Source: an uncultured delta proteobacterium (GTDB lineage Bacteria > Myxococcota_A > Polyangia > Fen-1088). From it: a stretch of 64,000 nucleotides of DNA. Within the stretch, counting starts at the first letter, position 1, and every line of letters begins with the position of its first letter. Under the pieces are notes generated by a model, which made no database searches, had not been told where the DNA came from, and worked only from the letters and a program-made list of their open reading frames with translations. A program made the position numbers and the translations under genes. The DNA lies in contig CAVTRY010000021.1 in the NCBI GenBank assembly GCA_963737265.1, positions 32,001-96,000 of the forward strand, given 5' to 3'. Positions 30,819 through 41,009 of this stretch are shown piece by piece.

Positions 30819-31939
30819 CCGTGGGCAGGGACAAATACGCTCGCCTGGCTGCTCGCCTCCTCGGCGAACAGAGGTCCGATGATGTGTCCGCGCATCCTGA
30901 TACGCGTCGTGATGCCGTGGTGGCGGCCATGGCGTTGGCCATCGCAGGGAAGGCTCGACGGCGCAGGATTTCCGCGCGGGTGGCCGTCGCGCTGGCTGTC
31001 GCTGCCAGCGCTACTCTGGCCGTCCGGGTCGCGGCCAACCGAGGAGCCTCGCTGTCCAGGTTGGTGGTCGAGCATGTGGTGGGAAAGGAAACCGTGCTGG
31101 TGCGCGCAGGCTCGACCGGGTCGCTTGCCGATTTGAGCACACTCACCGCCGGGGACGGCGTCCGCTCTGGCAGGGACAGCGGCGCCAGCTTGGCGTTCAA
31201 GAACGGAACGCGGGTGGTCCTTGCCTCCGCTAGCGATTTTCGCGTTGACGAGCTGGGGTCGACCCGCCGGTTCTCGCTTCTCGCCGGACACCTGGAGGCG
31301 CATGTGATGAAGCTTTTGCAGAACGAGCGCTTCATCGTGAACACGCCCGATTGCGAAATCGAAGTGCGTGGGACCGTGTTCACGATCGATGTCGACACAT
31401 CGAGGTGTGGCGACTCCGCAGCCGCTTCAAGCGTCCGTGTCAACGAGGGTGAAGTTTCGGTGCGTTCGCGGGACAACCGGGTTCTCGTTCACTCGGGCGA
31501 GACCTGGGCCGTCCCATGCGCGGCACCGGAAGTGCGCACTACCCTCCCGTCCGAGACAGTGGCTGCACGGGGAAGGTCGCCGACAATACCGAGCTCGCGA
31601 GTGCAAATCCGGGCCCACGCCGAACCGGCCGGGGAACTTCGGCCTAGGCTGGCCCGCGCAATGCCAGCACAAAGATCGACGAAGATCGAAGCGCCGGTCC
31701 CACCGTCGGTTCCACCGGTTCTGTCACCGCCACGGGTCGAGAGTCCGTCGGTATCGGTGTCGCGTCTCGGTCAGGAGAATGACCTGATGTCCGCGGCCAT
31801 GGCGGCTGAGCAGCGGGGCCAGGTCGACGAGGCACTTCGCAGTCTGAACGATCTTATCCAGCGCTTCCCCGACGGTCCTTTGAACGAGAGTGCGCGAATT
31901 GAGCGGCAGCGACTTCTCGCGGCCCCGAACCGGCCTTGA
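30815..31939 (+). CDS. FecR-domain anti-sigma factor with C-terminal TPR-like helix
   Basis: TM helix, FIVNTPDCEIEVRGTVF...VNEGEV, RFPDGPL; ATGA overlap with sigma gene. Confidence 0.88.
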   Translation: MTVGRDKYARLAARLLGEQRSDDVSAHPDTRRDAVVAAMALAIAGKARRRRISARVAVALAVAASATLAVRVAANRGASLSRLVVEHVVGKETVLVRAGSTGSLADLSTLTAGDGVRSGRDSGASLAFKNGTRVVLASASDFRVDELGSTRRFSLLAGHLEAHVMKLLQNERFIVNTPDCEIEVRGTVFTIDVDTSRCGDSAAASSVRVNEGEVSVRSRDNRVLVHSGETWAVPCAAPEVRTTLPSETVAARGRSPTIPSSRVQIRAHAEPAGELRPRLARAMPAQRSTKIEAPVPPSVPPVLSPPRVESPSVSVSRLGQENDLMSAAMAAEQRGQVDEALRSLNDLIQRFPDGPLNESARIERQRLLAAPNRP

Positions 31940-32021
31940 ATACGTCCGCAATCGTGCCCCCGGATCCCAACAACAGCGCCAATCGGTGTTGCCAATTTCG
32001 ACCTGAGCCAACCGTCCGTCG

Positions 32022-32384
32022 CTACTCCGGAAAACCGTTGGCCTGCCATTTCAGAAGCATTTGAAGCCCGTTGGGACCAACCCCATCGCCGCTTTGGGCC
32101 GCCGGAGGCATGCGTTTGATTTGCACGTCATGGACGGAAGGCGACCCCTCGGTTTGAGCCCCGCTGACCCCGTTTCCATCATCGGCGTAGACGTTGAGCC
32201 GAAAATAGGGCGGCGCCCCGCGATCCGGGGGAGAACTGTGACACAGCAAACAGTGATCCTGATAAAGAGGCCAAATGTCGTTGTAGTAGGTTGGATTGGT
32301 GGGCACGCTCGATATGTCAGGCACCGTGTACGAACACGAGCCGCCGAACAGGCACAGGGCAACAACTGGCAGCAACTGTCTCAT
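32022..32384 (-). CDS. monoheme cytochrome c lipoprotein
   Basis: Lipobox GGSC, PTY...HCLLCH, RMPP, W..NGFP. Confidence 0.82.
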   Translation of the reverse strand: MRQLLPVVALCLFGGSCSYTVPDISSVPTNPTYYNDIWPLYQDHCLLCHSSPPDRGAPPYFRLNVYADDGNGVSGAQTEGSPSVHDVQIKRMPPAAQSGDGVGPNGLQMLLKWQANGFPE

Positions 32385-32756
32385 CGATTTCGCTCCACTT
32401 GGATCGAGTCAATCAGGATGTGAGTACTCTTATTTCGGAGTGTGACACATGCACAAGGCGACGTCGAATCGTTCACAACTGTTCCCCTGCTTGTCTGGAA
32501 CCTTTTCCCGAATGACTTTCCAATGAATACTCAACAGCACCAGGATCGGACCAAGGATCGGACCCCTCTGCCTGCCAGACGCCCCGTCATGGTATCAACA
32601 GAAGCACGTGGAGAGAAAAGAGGCTCACCTTGGAAAAGGAAGCGTTTGTCTCGAATTCGACATACTGGTAAGATAGAGAAAGAATGAGTCTTTTGCACGA
32701 GCGGCGTCGTAGGGTGCAGTCGCGGTTCTTTCACCCCCCCCCAATTTCGTGAGTCC

Positions 32757-33467
32757 ATGAAGCTGTTATCTGTTCTTGTGTCTGTCTCGATCCTCATGGG
32801 CCTTGCCGGGGGAGCCAACGCGAAGCAAAAGGAGAAGCGAAAGGTCCACGCCAGTCCGCCCCCGGCTGAAGAACCCACCAACAAGGAGCCGGACAAGGCG
32901 GCGGCGGAAAAGCCCCCTCTCGATTTCGATTTCTTTGGCGGACAGCCCGGAGCCGTCGGCGCGACGAACACTGCGATGGGCGGCGCCGCAACGGACGTGG
33001 CAGCCGCCGACGTCGCAGCCAAGGTACGCACGCGCCGGTGGATGCTGACCACCCACCAAACCCTGGGCATTGCCACCTGGGTGCTGATGGTCGGCACGGT
33101 AACAGTGGGGCAACTCAATTACAACCAACTCTACGGAGGCGGCGGCGGCAATAACAAATGGCAAACCCCGCACCAGATACTGGTCCTATCGACCAGCGTT
33201 GCTTTCGCCGCTGCGGCGGCATTCGCTATCTTCGCGCCCACGCCCTATCCCAAGCCGTTGCACCTCGACACCGGACTCGTTCACCGAATCGCGGTGATTG
33301 GCGCCACCTTGGGCATGGTGACGGAGGGCGTGCTCGGCTGGGTCACCACCCATCAGGCCAATGCGGGAAACTCGCAACACCTGGCCACCATGGCGCGCAC
33401 GCACCAGATAGTCGGCTACTCCACCTTGGGTTTTCTAACCATCGCCGGCGCCGTCTGGCTCTTCTAG
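32757..33467 (+). CDS. four-helix membrane protein with signal peptide (cytochrome b561-like His pattern)
   Basis: His near the start of each of four hydrophobic helices (THQ, PHQ, VHR, THQ). Confidence 0.6.
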   Translation: MKLLSVLVSVSILMGLAGGANAKQKEKRKVHASPPPAEEPTNKEPDKAAAEKPPLDFDFFGGQPGAVGATNTAMGGAATDVAAADVAAKVRTRRWMLTTHQTLGIATWVLMVGTVTVGQLNYNQLYGGGGGNNKWQTPHQILVLSTSVAFAAAAAFAIFAPTPYPKPLHLDTGLVHRIAVIGATLGMVTEGVLGWVTTHQANAGNSQHLATMARTHQIVGYSTLGFLTIAGAVWLF

Positions 33468-33485
33468 CAGCCCGTGGTGAAAGTC
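33464..33485. repeat. detached terminal arm of a CTAG-ended MITE
   Basis: CTAGCAGCCCGTGGTGAAAGTC matches 57063-57084 at 21 of 22 positions; abuts the ISL3 left end. Confidence 0.8.
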
Positions 33486-34976
33486 GGTTCATCGCGCGTT
33501 CGGGTGATTGCGAAGGCAACGGCGTAGCCGCCGCTCCGGGGGCCGTCAAGGCGCTTCGCGCCTCCTCCGCTTCGCTCCGGCCCTACGGGTGACGGCCTCC
33601 TCGCTGGCGGCTCAGGTGCTGCTATGCGACGACGAGGATCTCGTCGCCGCGCGCGACGGTGCGCGAAATGAAAAGTGGACGTCCGTCGGTGATCCTTCGG
33701 GTTTATGCAAATCACGAGGAACTCCCAACGAACGTCCGTCCCTGGTATTTTGGCATTGCAGCTGGCCATTGCAAACGGCTGGCGTGTCAGTTTCGACAGC
33801 TACAGCGGTACCGATGGCTCCTGGCATGTACACCTGTATCCGACCAGGCAGTCGGCTGTGTGCTCCGGCTGTGGAGAGACCAAGCGCTGCGCGCTGGATA
33901 TCAAGAATTGCGCCCGGGCCTGGCGTCATCTCGACGGTTGGGGCATCCGCACGGTCGTCATCGCGCCTCTGCGGCGCGTGCGCTGTCGCCGCTGTGGGAT
34001 CCGGGTCGAACAGGTCCCGTGGGCGCGCACCGGCTCGCGCATGACTCACATGTTCGAGGCGGAGGTCCTGCGGCGTGCCCGCACGACTTCCATTGCCGGC
34101 GTGTGCCGCCAACTCGGGCTGCACTGGACTACCGTCATGCGCCTCATCACCCACTGGGTCGAGGATGCGGTCGAGCGCCGCTTCCATCGCAAGCTTCGCA
34201 TCATCGGCGTCGACGAGGTCAGCTACGGCCGAGGCCAGAACAAGTATCTGACCATCGTCTGGGACCACGAGGCCGGACACGTGGTTTGGATCGGCGAGGG
34301 CAAGCAGGAGGAAACACTCAAGCAGTTTTTCGTGAAGCTGGGACCGCGCCGGTCGCATCGGCTGGTGGCAGTCACGCTGGACATGGCCCAAGGCTACATC
34401 AACGCCATCTGCGAACATGCCCCACAGGCTGACCTCGTCTTCGACCGATTCCACATCGAGCACCACCTCACCGACGCCGTCGACCAGGTCCGCAAGGCGG
34501 AATTTTGGCGCAAGGGTGGCCTGTATCGCGAGGCCATCCGAGGCAAGAAGTTCCTCCTGCTCAAGAAGCGTCGTCGTCTTCACTGGCGTCGCCGTCGCGA
34601 GCTTGACGAGCTATTCCGCCTCAACCGACGTCTCCAGGTAGCGTACCTGCTCAAGGAGCAGTTCGACGTCGTATGGGGCTATCACACTGAGGTCGGTATG
34701 GCTGCAGCACTCGACCACTGGCGTCGCCTATTACGCTGGCAACGACTTGGCTCGTTGAAGCGATTCTGGAACATGATTAAGCGCCATTGGTCGGGCGTTA
34801 TTGCCTGGGCCAAGCACGGTCTTTCCAACGCAGCCCTCGAAGGCAACAATTCACGTGTTCGCGGCATCAGCCAGCGTGGCCACGGCTACCGCAACCCCGA
34901 CAACCTCATGCAGATCCTGTATTTCTCATGCTGCCACTGACCCTCGACGGAAGCTCACCCGAAAGCGTGATGGGCG
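33486..34976 (+). mobile_element. ISL3-family insertion sequence, copy 1 (1491 bp)
   Basis: Imperfect 22-bp TIRs GGTTCATCGCGCGTTCGGGTGA / TCACCCGAAAGCGTGATGGGCG; reverse complement of 57217-58707. Confidence 0.93.
33705..34940 (+). CDS. ISL3 family transposase
   Basis: Zn finger CSGCG...CRRCG, GVDE, LDM, FDRFH, SNAALEGNN..GHGYRN. Confidence 0.95.
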   Translation: MQITRNSQRTSVPGILALQLAIANGWRVSFDSYSGTDGSWHVHLYPTRQSAVCSGCGETKRCALDIKNCARAWRHLDGWGIRTVVIAPLRRVRCRRCGIRVEQVPWARTGSRMTHMFEAEVLRRARTTSIAGVCRQLGLHWTTVMRLITHWVEDAVERRFHRKLRIIGVDEVSYGRGQNKYLTIVWDHEAGHVVWIGEGKQEETLKQFFVKLGPRRSHRLVAVTLDMAQGYINAICEHAPQADLVFDRFHIEHHLTDAVDQVRKAEFWRKGGLYREAIRGKKFLLLKKRRRLHWRRRRELDELFRLNRRLQVAYLLKEQFDVVWGYHTEVGMAAALDHWRRLLRWQRLGSLKRFWNMIKRHWSGVIAWAKHGLSNAALEGNNSRVRGISQRGHGYRNPDNLMQILYFSCCH

Positions 34977-35749
34977 CGGAAATCGCCGGTCTCGAAGGAC
35001 TCACGGCCGGGCCCGACGGCAACCTTTGGTTCACCGAAGAAATGGCCAACAATATTGGGCGGCTAACACCAAGCGGCGCTGTCATGGAGTTTCCAGTTTC
35101 CACCGCGGACAGCGGTCTTTCGGGAATTGCAGGCGGGCCGGACGGCAACCTTTGGTTTTCCGAATACGCGGGTCACAATATCGGCCGCATCACCCCCGGC
35201 GGGGTGATTACCGAGTTTGCGATCCCAAGTACAATCAATGGACCGGGCGCAATCGCAGCCGGGCTCGACGGCAATCTCTGGTTCGCTGAACGTGACGGAG
35301 ATCGAATTGGCCGCATCACCCCGGCCGGGGTGTTCAAGCAATTTCCTGTTCCAACTTTGGGCAGCGACCCATTCCGCATCGTGCTGGGGCTCGACGGCAA
35401 CCTTTGGTTTACTGAAGATGTTGCCCGCGCAGTCGGCCGGATCACGCCGAGCGGCCTAGTCACGGAGCTTCCCGTGCTAGTGGTCGGACTCTACGGCCTG
35501 CCCAGCGACATTGCCGCAGGTGCTGACGGGAACTTGTGGTTCACGGATGAGCCTGACGACGGGCTCGGTCGCATCACGCCGGCCGGTGTCGTCACGCCGG
35601 TAAGTATCCCGACGGCAAACGATAGCGCTGTTTACCGTCCATGGGCCATTACAGCCGGGCCAGACGGCAATATCTGGTTCGTCGGAGTCGCCACGATTGA
35701 CGGAGTTCCGGAGCCCGACACGTGCATCGTCAGCCGCCTCACTCCCTGA
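34977..35749 (+). pseudogene. 3' fragment: virginiamycin B lyase (Vgb)-like beta-propeller, displaced from the gene at 58708-63182
   Basis: Six G(P/L/A)DGN(L/I)WF repeats; no own start; joins in frame to 58708 across the IS. Confidence 0.85.
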
Positions 35750-35806
35750 CTTGGCAAAGGCGGGCACGGAAGCCGCGGCGGCGGCATGGGCAAGCTCGCG
35801 ATCGTG

Positions 35807-35869
35807 CCCGCCGGCGAAATTCGCGCACCATCAGTGCGACGCCTGCCACGCGATGCGCTGGAGAAGATC
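35807..35869. repeat. 63-bp repeat covering the last 12 codons, stop and downstream bases of the 35831 gene
   Basis: 56 of 63 aligned columns identical to the reverse complement of 63185-63246. Confidence 0.85.
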
Positions 35870-38203
35870 CCGCGCGCGCAGGCGGTCGGCTTGGTGTCGG
35901 GAGTTGGCGAAAAGCCAGGCCTCGGCGGCGCGCGCCTCTTCGAGATCGCCGGACAGGAAGGCGGATTCGCCGAGTAGGCGGCGGCATTCCCGCAAGAAGG
36001 TCGCGTCGAGGGGAACCTCCATGCGTGCGTCGTCCAAGGGGCAGGCCAGCGCGAATTGCGCCAGCGCCAGCTTGGCATCGCGGGTGGCGAGCTGTCGGCC
36101 AACGAGGTAGGGCCCGAGCGCTTCGTCGGGAAACGCGCGCGCGAACTCGGTCATCAGGTAGACGACAAGACCGGGATCGAGGGCGCGCCCGCGCTCGTCG
36201 CCGAAAAACACGCGCCCGATGGATTTTTGCGCGACTTCATCGCGAAGCGCGCGCAGCTTGGCCTTGGCCGAGCGCTCGTCGCTGTCGTCGCTCGCCGCGA
36301 GCAACGCCTCATTCACCGCCGCACGCGCCTGGTCGAGCCGGCCGGCACGAAAATGAATTCCCGCTTCGAGACTAGCGGCGCGTTCGCGCAACGGCCGGGT
36401 CAGCGTTGCGGAGGCGACCGTTTGGGTCAAGGTGGCGAGGGCGCGCTTTTCGTCGCCAGCGGCGACCTGCGCCTCGGCCAGATCGAGCACGAAGGTCGGC
36501 TCGCTGGGATCGTCGGCGCACGCGCTCGACAAGAGCGCCACGGCGTCCGCGGGCGAAGTTGCCATGCGGGCGCGCGCATCGGACACGCGCGCCGCCAGCT
36601 CGCGCGCGCATACCTTCTGGAAAATGGCTGGCCGGCGGAAACGTTCTTCGGCCTGGGCGCGGATGTCCTCGTCCACCGGCAGCGATGCCAAGAGAGCCCG
36701 CCAGTCTTGCTCCAGCGAATCGAGATCGCGGCCGTAGACCGCGGTGAAATCTCCGGCGGAACGGTAGAGGGCGCGCAGCTTGGCCGAGCCAAAGCTGTCG
36801 AGGAGAAAGCGGCAGAACGAGCCGGCGACGGTGTAGGCGCGTGGGCCGGATTCGAAGGTAAAGCCAGCCCCGAGCGCGCGGCGCAACTCGGGCGCTTGGC
36901 CGAGGGCGAGCATGGCGGCGGCTTCCTCGTGCGTGGTCGACCGGCCGTCGGGATCGTCGAAGTCGGCGGCCTCGGCCACGCCTTCGATGAGGCCGGTCGC
37001 CAAGCTGGGAACCGGCAGCGGGCCGGCGAAGTGCCACGCCATGGCCACGCCAAACAGGCGATCGCCGAACGCCGACGCGAACACGTGGGCCAGCTCGTGG
37101 CGCAAGCGCTGGGCGGGAAAGCGGTCGGCTTGCACGAAGATTTCACGCGTCCACGGCTTGGCGTAGAGCGTGTTGGCCGCGCCCACCGCATCTTTCTTGG
37201 CGGCGGCCGAAGGAAAACGGTACACCGTGATGGGGCCAGTCGGCTCGACGCCCAGGATGCCGGTCAATTGGTCGTAGCGGAATTCCAAGTCCTTCACCGC
37301 CAGGGCCACGTCTGCCTCGCTCTCGGCCGCTGAATCCGTGCGTAGCACGAAGTGCAAAGAACGTGTCTCGCGCGGCAGCAGGCGGACGAGGTCGGCGTGG
37401 GTGACGTGGAAGCCAAGCCTCCCGCGCGCGGCGAACCAGACGAGTCCGGCTGCCATCAACGCGCAGGCCAGCATCGGCTTGTGCCAGCTCGTCGGGTGAC
37501 CAAGCGATTGCAAGGAAGGCCGTGGCAATCGGGCGGGCTGCGCTTCCTCGTCACGTTGCGGTTCTCCGCAAAGCCAGGTCACGGTGGCGAGAAGCGCCGC
37601 CAGCCAGGTCAGGTTGGCCAGGCGATACCAGACCAGGCGGAGCGGCGGGCGCAGGGCTTCGTCGTAGATCGGCCCGGGGAAATAGCCGCCGAACGGATCG
37701 AAGGCGAAGACGGCCGGGTCGCGATAGAGGCGGACGAGCGCCCATGCGATGGAAATGAAGGGCAGCGCCCAGGCGGCCACCCGACCGAGTCGGCGCGCGG
37801 GCACGACCAGGCCGACCGCGACGCCGGTTCCGGCGGCGTAGATGGCCGTGCCCATGGGCAACAGCGCGAAGAAGGCGAGTCCCGCGCCAAGGTTGCAATT
37901 GCGCACACGCAGGGCATTGGCTAGCGAAATCAAAAACGGTCCGACGAGCACTGCCAGGGTCGTGACGATCGCCTCGCCCGCCAGCAGTGGCACCGAGACG
38001 GCTCGCTCGTCGGCGCGCGCGGCGCCGACCGTGCCATGCCCGATGTCGACCCCGGCAAGCGCCGTGGCGAGGCCGAGCGCGAAGGAAAAGTCGTAGCCCA
38101 GGACGTTGAACAGGGGCAGAAAGTCGAGCACGGCAGCAAGCAGCGCGAGAAGACCGGCCCAAAAGAGTGCTCTTCGCCCATGACTAAAGTTGATCCAAGT
38201 CAC
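35831..38203 (-). CDS. membrane protein with gluzincin/peptidase MA-like domain and TPR-like C-terminus
   Basis: N-terminal TM helices, HELAH followed by LIEGVAE, helical repeats; start placed at GTG 38203. Confidence 0.75.
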   Translation of the reverse strand: MTWINFSHGRRALFWAGLLALLAAVLDFLPLFNVLGYDFSFALGLATALAGVDIGHGTVGAARADERAVSVPLLAGEAIVTTLAVLVGPFLISLANALRVRNCNLGAGLAFFALLPMGTAIYAAGTGVAVGLVVPARRLGRVAAWALPFISIAWALVRLYRDPAVFAFDPFGGYFPGPIYDEALRPPLRLVWYRLANLTWLAALLATVTWLCGEPQRDEEAQPARLPRPSLQSLGHPTSWHKPMLACALMAAGLVWFAARGRLGFHVTHADLVRLLPRETRSLHFVLRTDSAAESEADVALAVKDLEFRYDQLTGILGVEPTGPITVYRFPSAAAKKDAVGAANTLYAKPWTREIFVQADRFPAQRLRHELAHVFASAFGDRLFGVAMAWHFAGPLPVPSLATGLIEGVAEAADFDDPDGRSTTHEEAAAMLALGQAPELRRALGAGFTFESGPRAYTVAGSFCRFLLDSFGSAKLRALYRSAGDFTAVYGRDLDSLEQDWRALLASLPVDEDIRAQAEERFRRPAIFQKVCARELAARVSDARARMATSPADAVALLSSACADDPSEPTFVLDLAEAQVAAGDEKRALATLTQTVASATLTRPLRERAASLEAGIHFRAGRLDQARAAVNEALLAASDDSDERSAKAKLRALRDEVAQKSIGRVFFGDERGRALDPGLVVYLMTEFARAFPDEALGPYLVGRQLATRDAKLALAQFALACPLDDARMEVPLDATFLRECRRLLGESAFLSGDLEEARAAEAWLFANSRHQADRLRARDLLQRIAWQASH

Positions 38204-38234
38204 CGTGCGTGCGACGCTCCCATCAAGGTCCAGG

Positions 38235-38654
38235 ATGCCCCAGTCTTCCGAACGTCGCCAGCAGCATCGGGCTCCAATCGAGCTTCGGGTGGAATACCAG
38301 CGCCTCAATCGCTTCTTTTACGACTACACCAAGAACATCTCGATGGGCGGAACCTTCATCAAGACCACCAAGCCGCTCGAAGTCGGCACGCAGTTTCTGT
38401 TCAAGCTGATGATTCCCACGCTGCCCGGCCCGCTGATCTTGCGTGGCGATGTCCGCTGGATCCTTCACGAGGGGGAACAGCGCGTGGGCGAGGGCCCCGA
38501 CGGCGCGGATGAACCCGGCATGGGCATCCGTTTCATCTACGAGGACGAGAATCAAAGGGCCGATGTCGAGCGCGAGGTGGAGAGGCTGATGGTGGGGAGC
38601 TTGGGACCCAAGATTTACGCCAACCTGCGCCGCCCGCGCGACAAGAAGAAGTAG
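38235..38654 (+). CDS. PilZ domain protein (myxobacterial TIGR02266 type)
   Basis: ERRQQHR, FFYDYTKNISMGGTFIKT, GMGIRF. Confidence 0.9.
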   Translation: MPQSSERRQQHRAPIELRVEYQRLNRFFYDYTKNISMGGTFIKTTKPLEVGTQFLFKLMIPTLPGPLILRGDVRWILHEGEQRVGEGPDGADEPGMGIRFIYEDENQRADVEREVERLMVGSLGPKIYANLRRPRDKKK

Positions 38655-39080
38655 GGGCGCCAGCCGGCAGATCATAGCCGGCGCTGTTCTACTGCCTCCG
38701 AGATGCTTCGCGTCTGGTGGATTGGCAAGCCAGGATCTTTCGCAGCAGCAGCTCACCCATGCTTGGCCTCGCGGAGGGCGTGGCTTCGTAGACGAGGCCG
38801 CCATCGCGGGCGACCTGGAACTTGAGCCAGTCGGAAGCTGTTTGCAGGTCGACGCCATGGGGCTCGCGACCAAGCGTTGCTTTGGCGCACGTCGCTGCTT
38901 TGGAGCTGTGGCACTTGACGCGGACGTGGACCGCAACCCCGAGTCAAAGGGTGGCAGGAACCAGGCCGAGTTTGGGCGACGGCGGCGAAATCGATGCTAA
39001 AACTCTGGCGAACGAGAGGCCGTGGCCGTGGCACGATGCGGTGACCCGGTGGGCGCGGATCTCGCTGCACAAGGAGACCC

Positions 39081-39494
39081 ATGAAACGCAACGCAAGTGC
39101 AACGTGGAATGGAGGCCTGAAAGACGGCCAGGGCAAACTCAGCGTCGGCAGCGGCGCGGTCAAGGACTTGAAGTTCAGCTTCCGCACTCGCTTCGAGACC
39201 GACCCGGGCACCAACCCGGAGGAGCTGATCGCGGCGGCGCACGCGGGCTGTTTCAGCATGGCCTTGAGCGCGCAATTAGGCGAGCGCGGCATCACCCCGG
39301 ACGTCATCGAGACGGCGTGCGTGGTCACGTTCGAAAATCTCGCGCTCACCAAGAGCGAGCTGCGCACGACCGTCAAGGCGCGCGGCGCGGACAAGGCCAA
39401 GGTTGAAGAGGCAGCGGCTGCCGCGAAGGCTGGCTGCCCGATCTCCAAGGTGCTCAGGCTCGACATTGCCCTCGATCTGACGATCGAAGTCTAG
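39081..39494 (+). CDS. osmC: OsmC family peroxiredoxin
   Basis: TNPEELIAAAHAGCFSMAL, CPISK; AAGGAG SD. Confidence 0.95.
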   Translation: MKRNASATWNGGLKDGQGKLSVGSGAVKDLKFSFRTRFETDPGTNPEELIAAAHAGCFSMALSAQLGERGITPDVIETACVVTFENLALTKSELRTTVKARGADKAKVEEAAAAAKAGCPISKVLRLDIALDLTIEV

Positions 39495-39653
39495 CATAGG
39501 AAGGCGGGCGCAGCGGGCGAGTGCGTCCTGCATCGTTCACAACCGTCGCGCCCGTCGTGCCGGGACACTTGCGGTTGTGACGCCAAGACCCCAGAATGCT
39601 CCGGTGCGCGGATGAAATCTCCGTGCGCGGACAGCAACTACGAGAGGTGAAGA

Positions 39654-41009
39654 ATGGATCGTTCGAGGCGCCATATCCCCGTTCTCCTAGGCACGAGTGC
39701 TGCAATCCTCGCGGCCGGATGTTGCCACTGCCCGGTCGACGAGTCGGCTCCCGCGCTGGCAGCGCCGCCGCCCCGGGTTGCGGTGGCCAGGCCGGCCCCG
39801 GTGCCCGTCGCGCCCCCGCCGCCGCCTGGACCGACGACGGTTGTCGTCAGGGGTGCCGGTCTGCAGATGCCCAAATCTGCGCTTTGGGACGCCGACCAAG
39901 ATGTGTATTTCGTGAGCAACATCAGTGGCGATCCCGCCACCCCGAACAAGAACGGGTTCGTTTCCAAGATCGGCCCCGACGGCAAGGTCATCGCCCTCAA
40001 GTTCGTCGACGGCAGCAAGAAGGGGAGCGAGCTCAACGCGCCCAAGGGGTTGGCCATCATCGGCGACACCCTCTACGTCGCGGATCTCAATGTCGTGCGC
40101 AAGTTCGACCGCAAGAGTGGCAAAGCCAAAGGCGTGGTCAAGATCGCAAAATCGGTTTTCCTCAACGCGCTCTCGGCGTCGCCCGACGGCAGGACGCTCT
40201 ACGTTTCCGACAGCGCTGTGGCTGTCGAGGCGGGAAAGTTCACCGGTACCGGCGACGACGCGATCTACGCCATCGACGTAAAAAAAGGCTCGGCGGTCGC
40301 CCTCATCAAGGACCAGGCATTGCTTCGGCCGAGCGGCCTGTTCGCTGACGATGACGGGGTGTGGATCGTCACCCTGGGCGGGAACCTGTTGTTCCACGTC
40401 AACCAACAGGGTGGCACGGGACCGGCCACCAAGTTGCCCAAGGGCGGACTCGACGGCATCGTAAGGCTAAGCGACGACGCGTTTCTTATTTCGAGCTGGG
40501 AGGGCTCTGCCATCTACCGCGGTTTGGCTGGCGGAGAATTCAAGGAAGTCATCTCGGAAATTCCCTCGCCTGCCGGCCTCGGCCTCGACACCAAACGCAA
40601 CGTTCTTCTGATACCCATCTTCCAGAAATCGGCGGTTCAGTTCGTGCCCTTGCCGCCCTTGACCCCGTCCGCGGCCACGCCGCCGGCCTCCGCGCCGGTC
40701 ACGACCGCTGCCCCCGCCCCCGCCGCGCCCCCGCCGCTTCCGCTGCCGCCTGGTGCCGCCGCCTACCCGATGTTCGGGCCGACGCCACCTCCTGCGCCGA
40801 CGCCCGCGCCACCATCCGCCCCGGCGCCTGCCAACCCCGCGCCGCCCGCGCCCAGCCCTGTTCCTCCAGTTCCCGCAGCGATCGCCCCGACGCCTCCATC
40901 TGCCCCGGCTGCCGCGCCGGCACCGGCTACGGTGCCCTTCGGAACGCCGTACGGCGGTGGGTATTCCTACCCAGCTCCTGCGGCTCCACCTGCTCCGCCC
41001 ACCCGCTAG
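39654..41009 (+). CDS. SMP-30/gluconolactonase-like propeller lipoprotein with Pro-rich tail
   Basis: Lipobox AAGC, YFVSNI...GFVSKIGPDG, LNAPKG, LDGI..SSW; low-complexity Pro/Ala C-terminus. Confidence 0.8.
   Translation: MDRSRRHIPVLLGTSAAILAAGCCHCPVDESAPALAAPPPRVAVARPAPVPVAPPPPPGPTTVVVRGAGLQMPKSALWDADQDVYFVSNISGDPATPNKNGFVSKIGPDGKVIALKFVDGSKKGSELNAPKGLAIIGDTLYVADLNVVRKFDRKSGKAKGVVKIAKSVFLNALSASPDGRTLYVSDSAVAVEAGKFTGTGDDAIYAIDVKKGSAVALIKDQALLRPSGLFADDDGVWIVTLGGNLLFHVNQQGGTGPATKLPKGGLDGIVRLSDDAFLISSWEGSAIYRGLAGGEFKEVISEIPSPAGLGLDTKRNVLLIPIFQKSAVQFVPLPPLTPSAATPPASAPVTTAAPAPAAPPPLPLPPGAAAYPMFGPTPPPAPTPAPPSAPAPANPAPPAPSPVPPVPAAIAPTPPSAPAAAPAPATVPFGTPYGGGYSYPAPAAPPAPPTR

Noticed and set aside
34787-34976. 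5' part of ORF 34787-35749 as a real gene start
   Set aside because: Lies inside the ISL3 (same sequence at 57217-57406); read-through fusion only
34977-35749. Streptogramin resistance gene (vgb)
   Set aside because: Only the generic propeller repeat is seen, as the C-terminal domain of a larger broken gene
38655-39080. Long intergenic region before osmC as ncRNA or small gene
   Set aside because: No recognisable RNA motif or convincing ORF could be supported by eye
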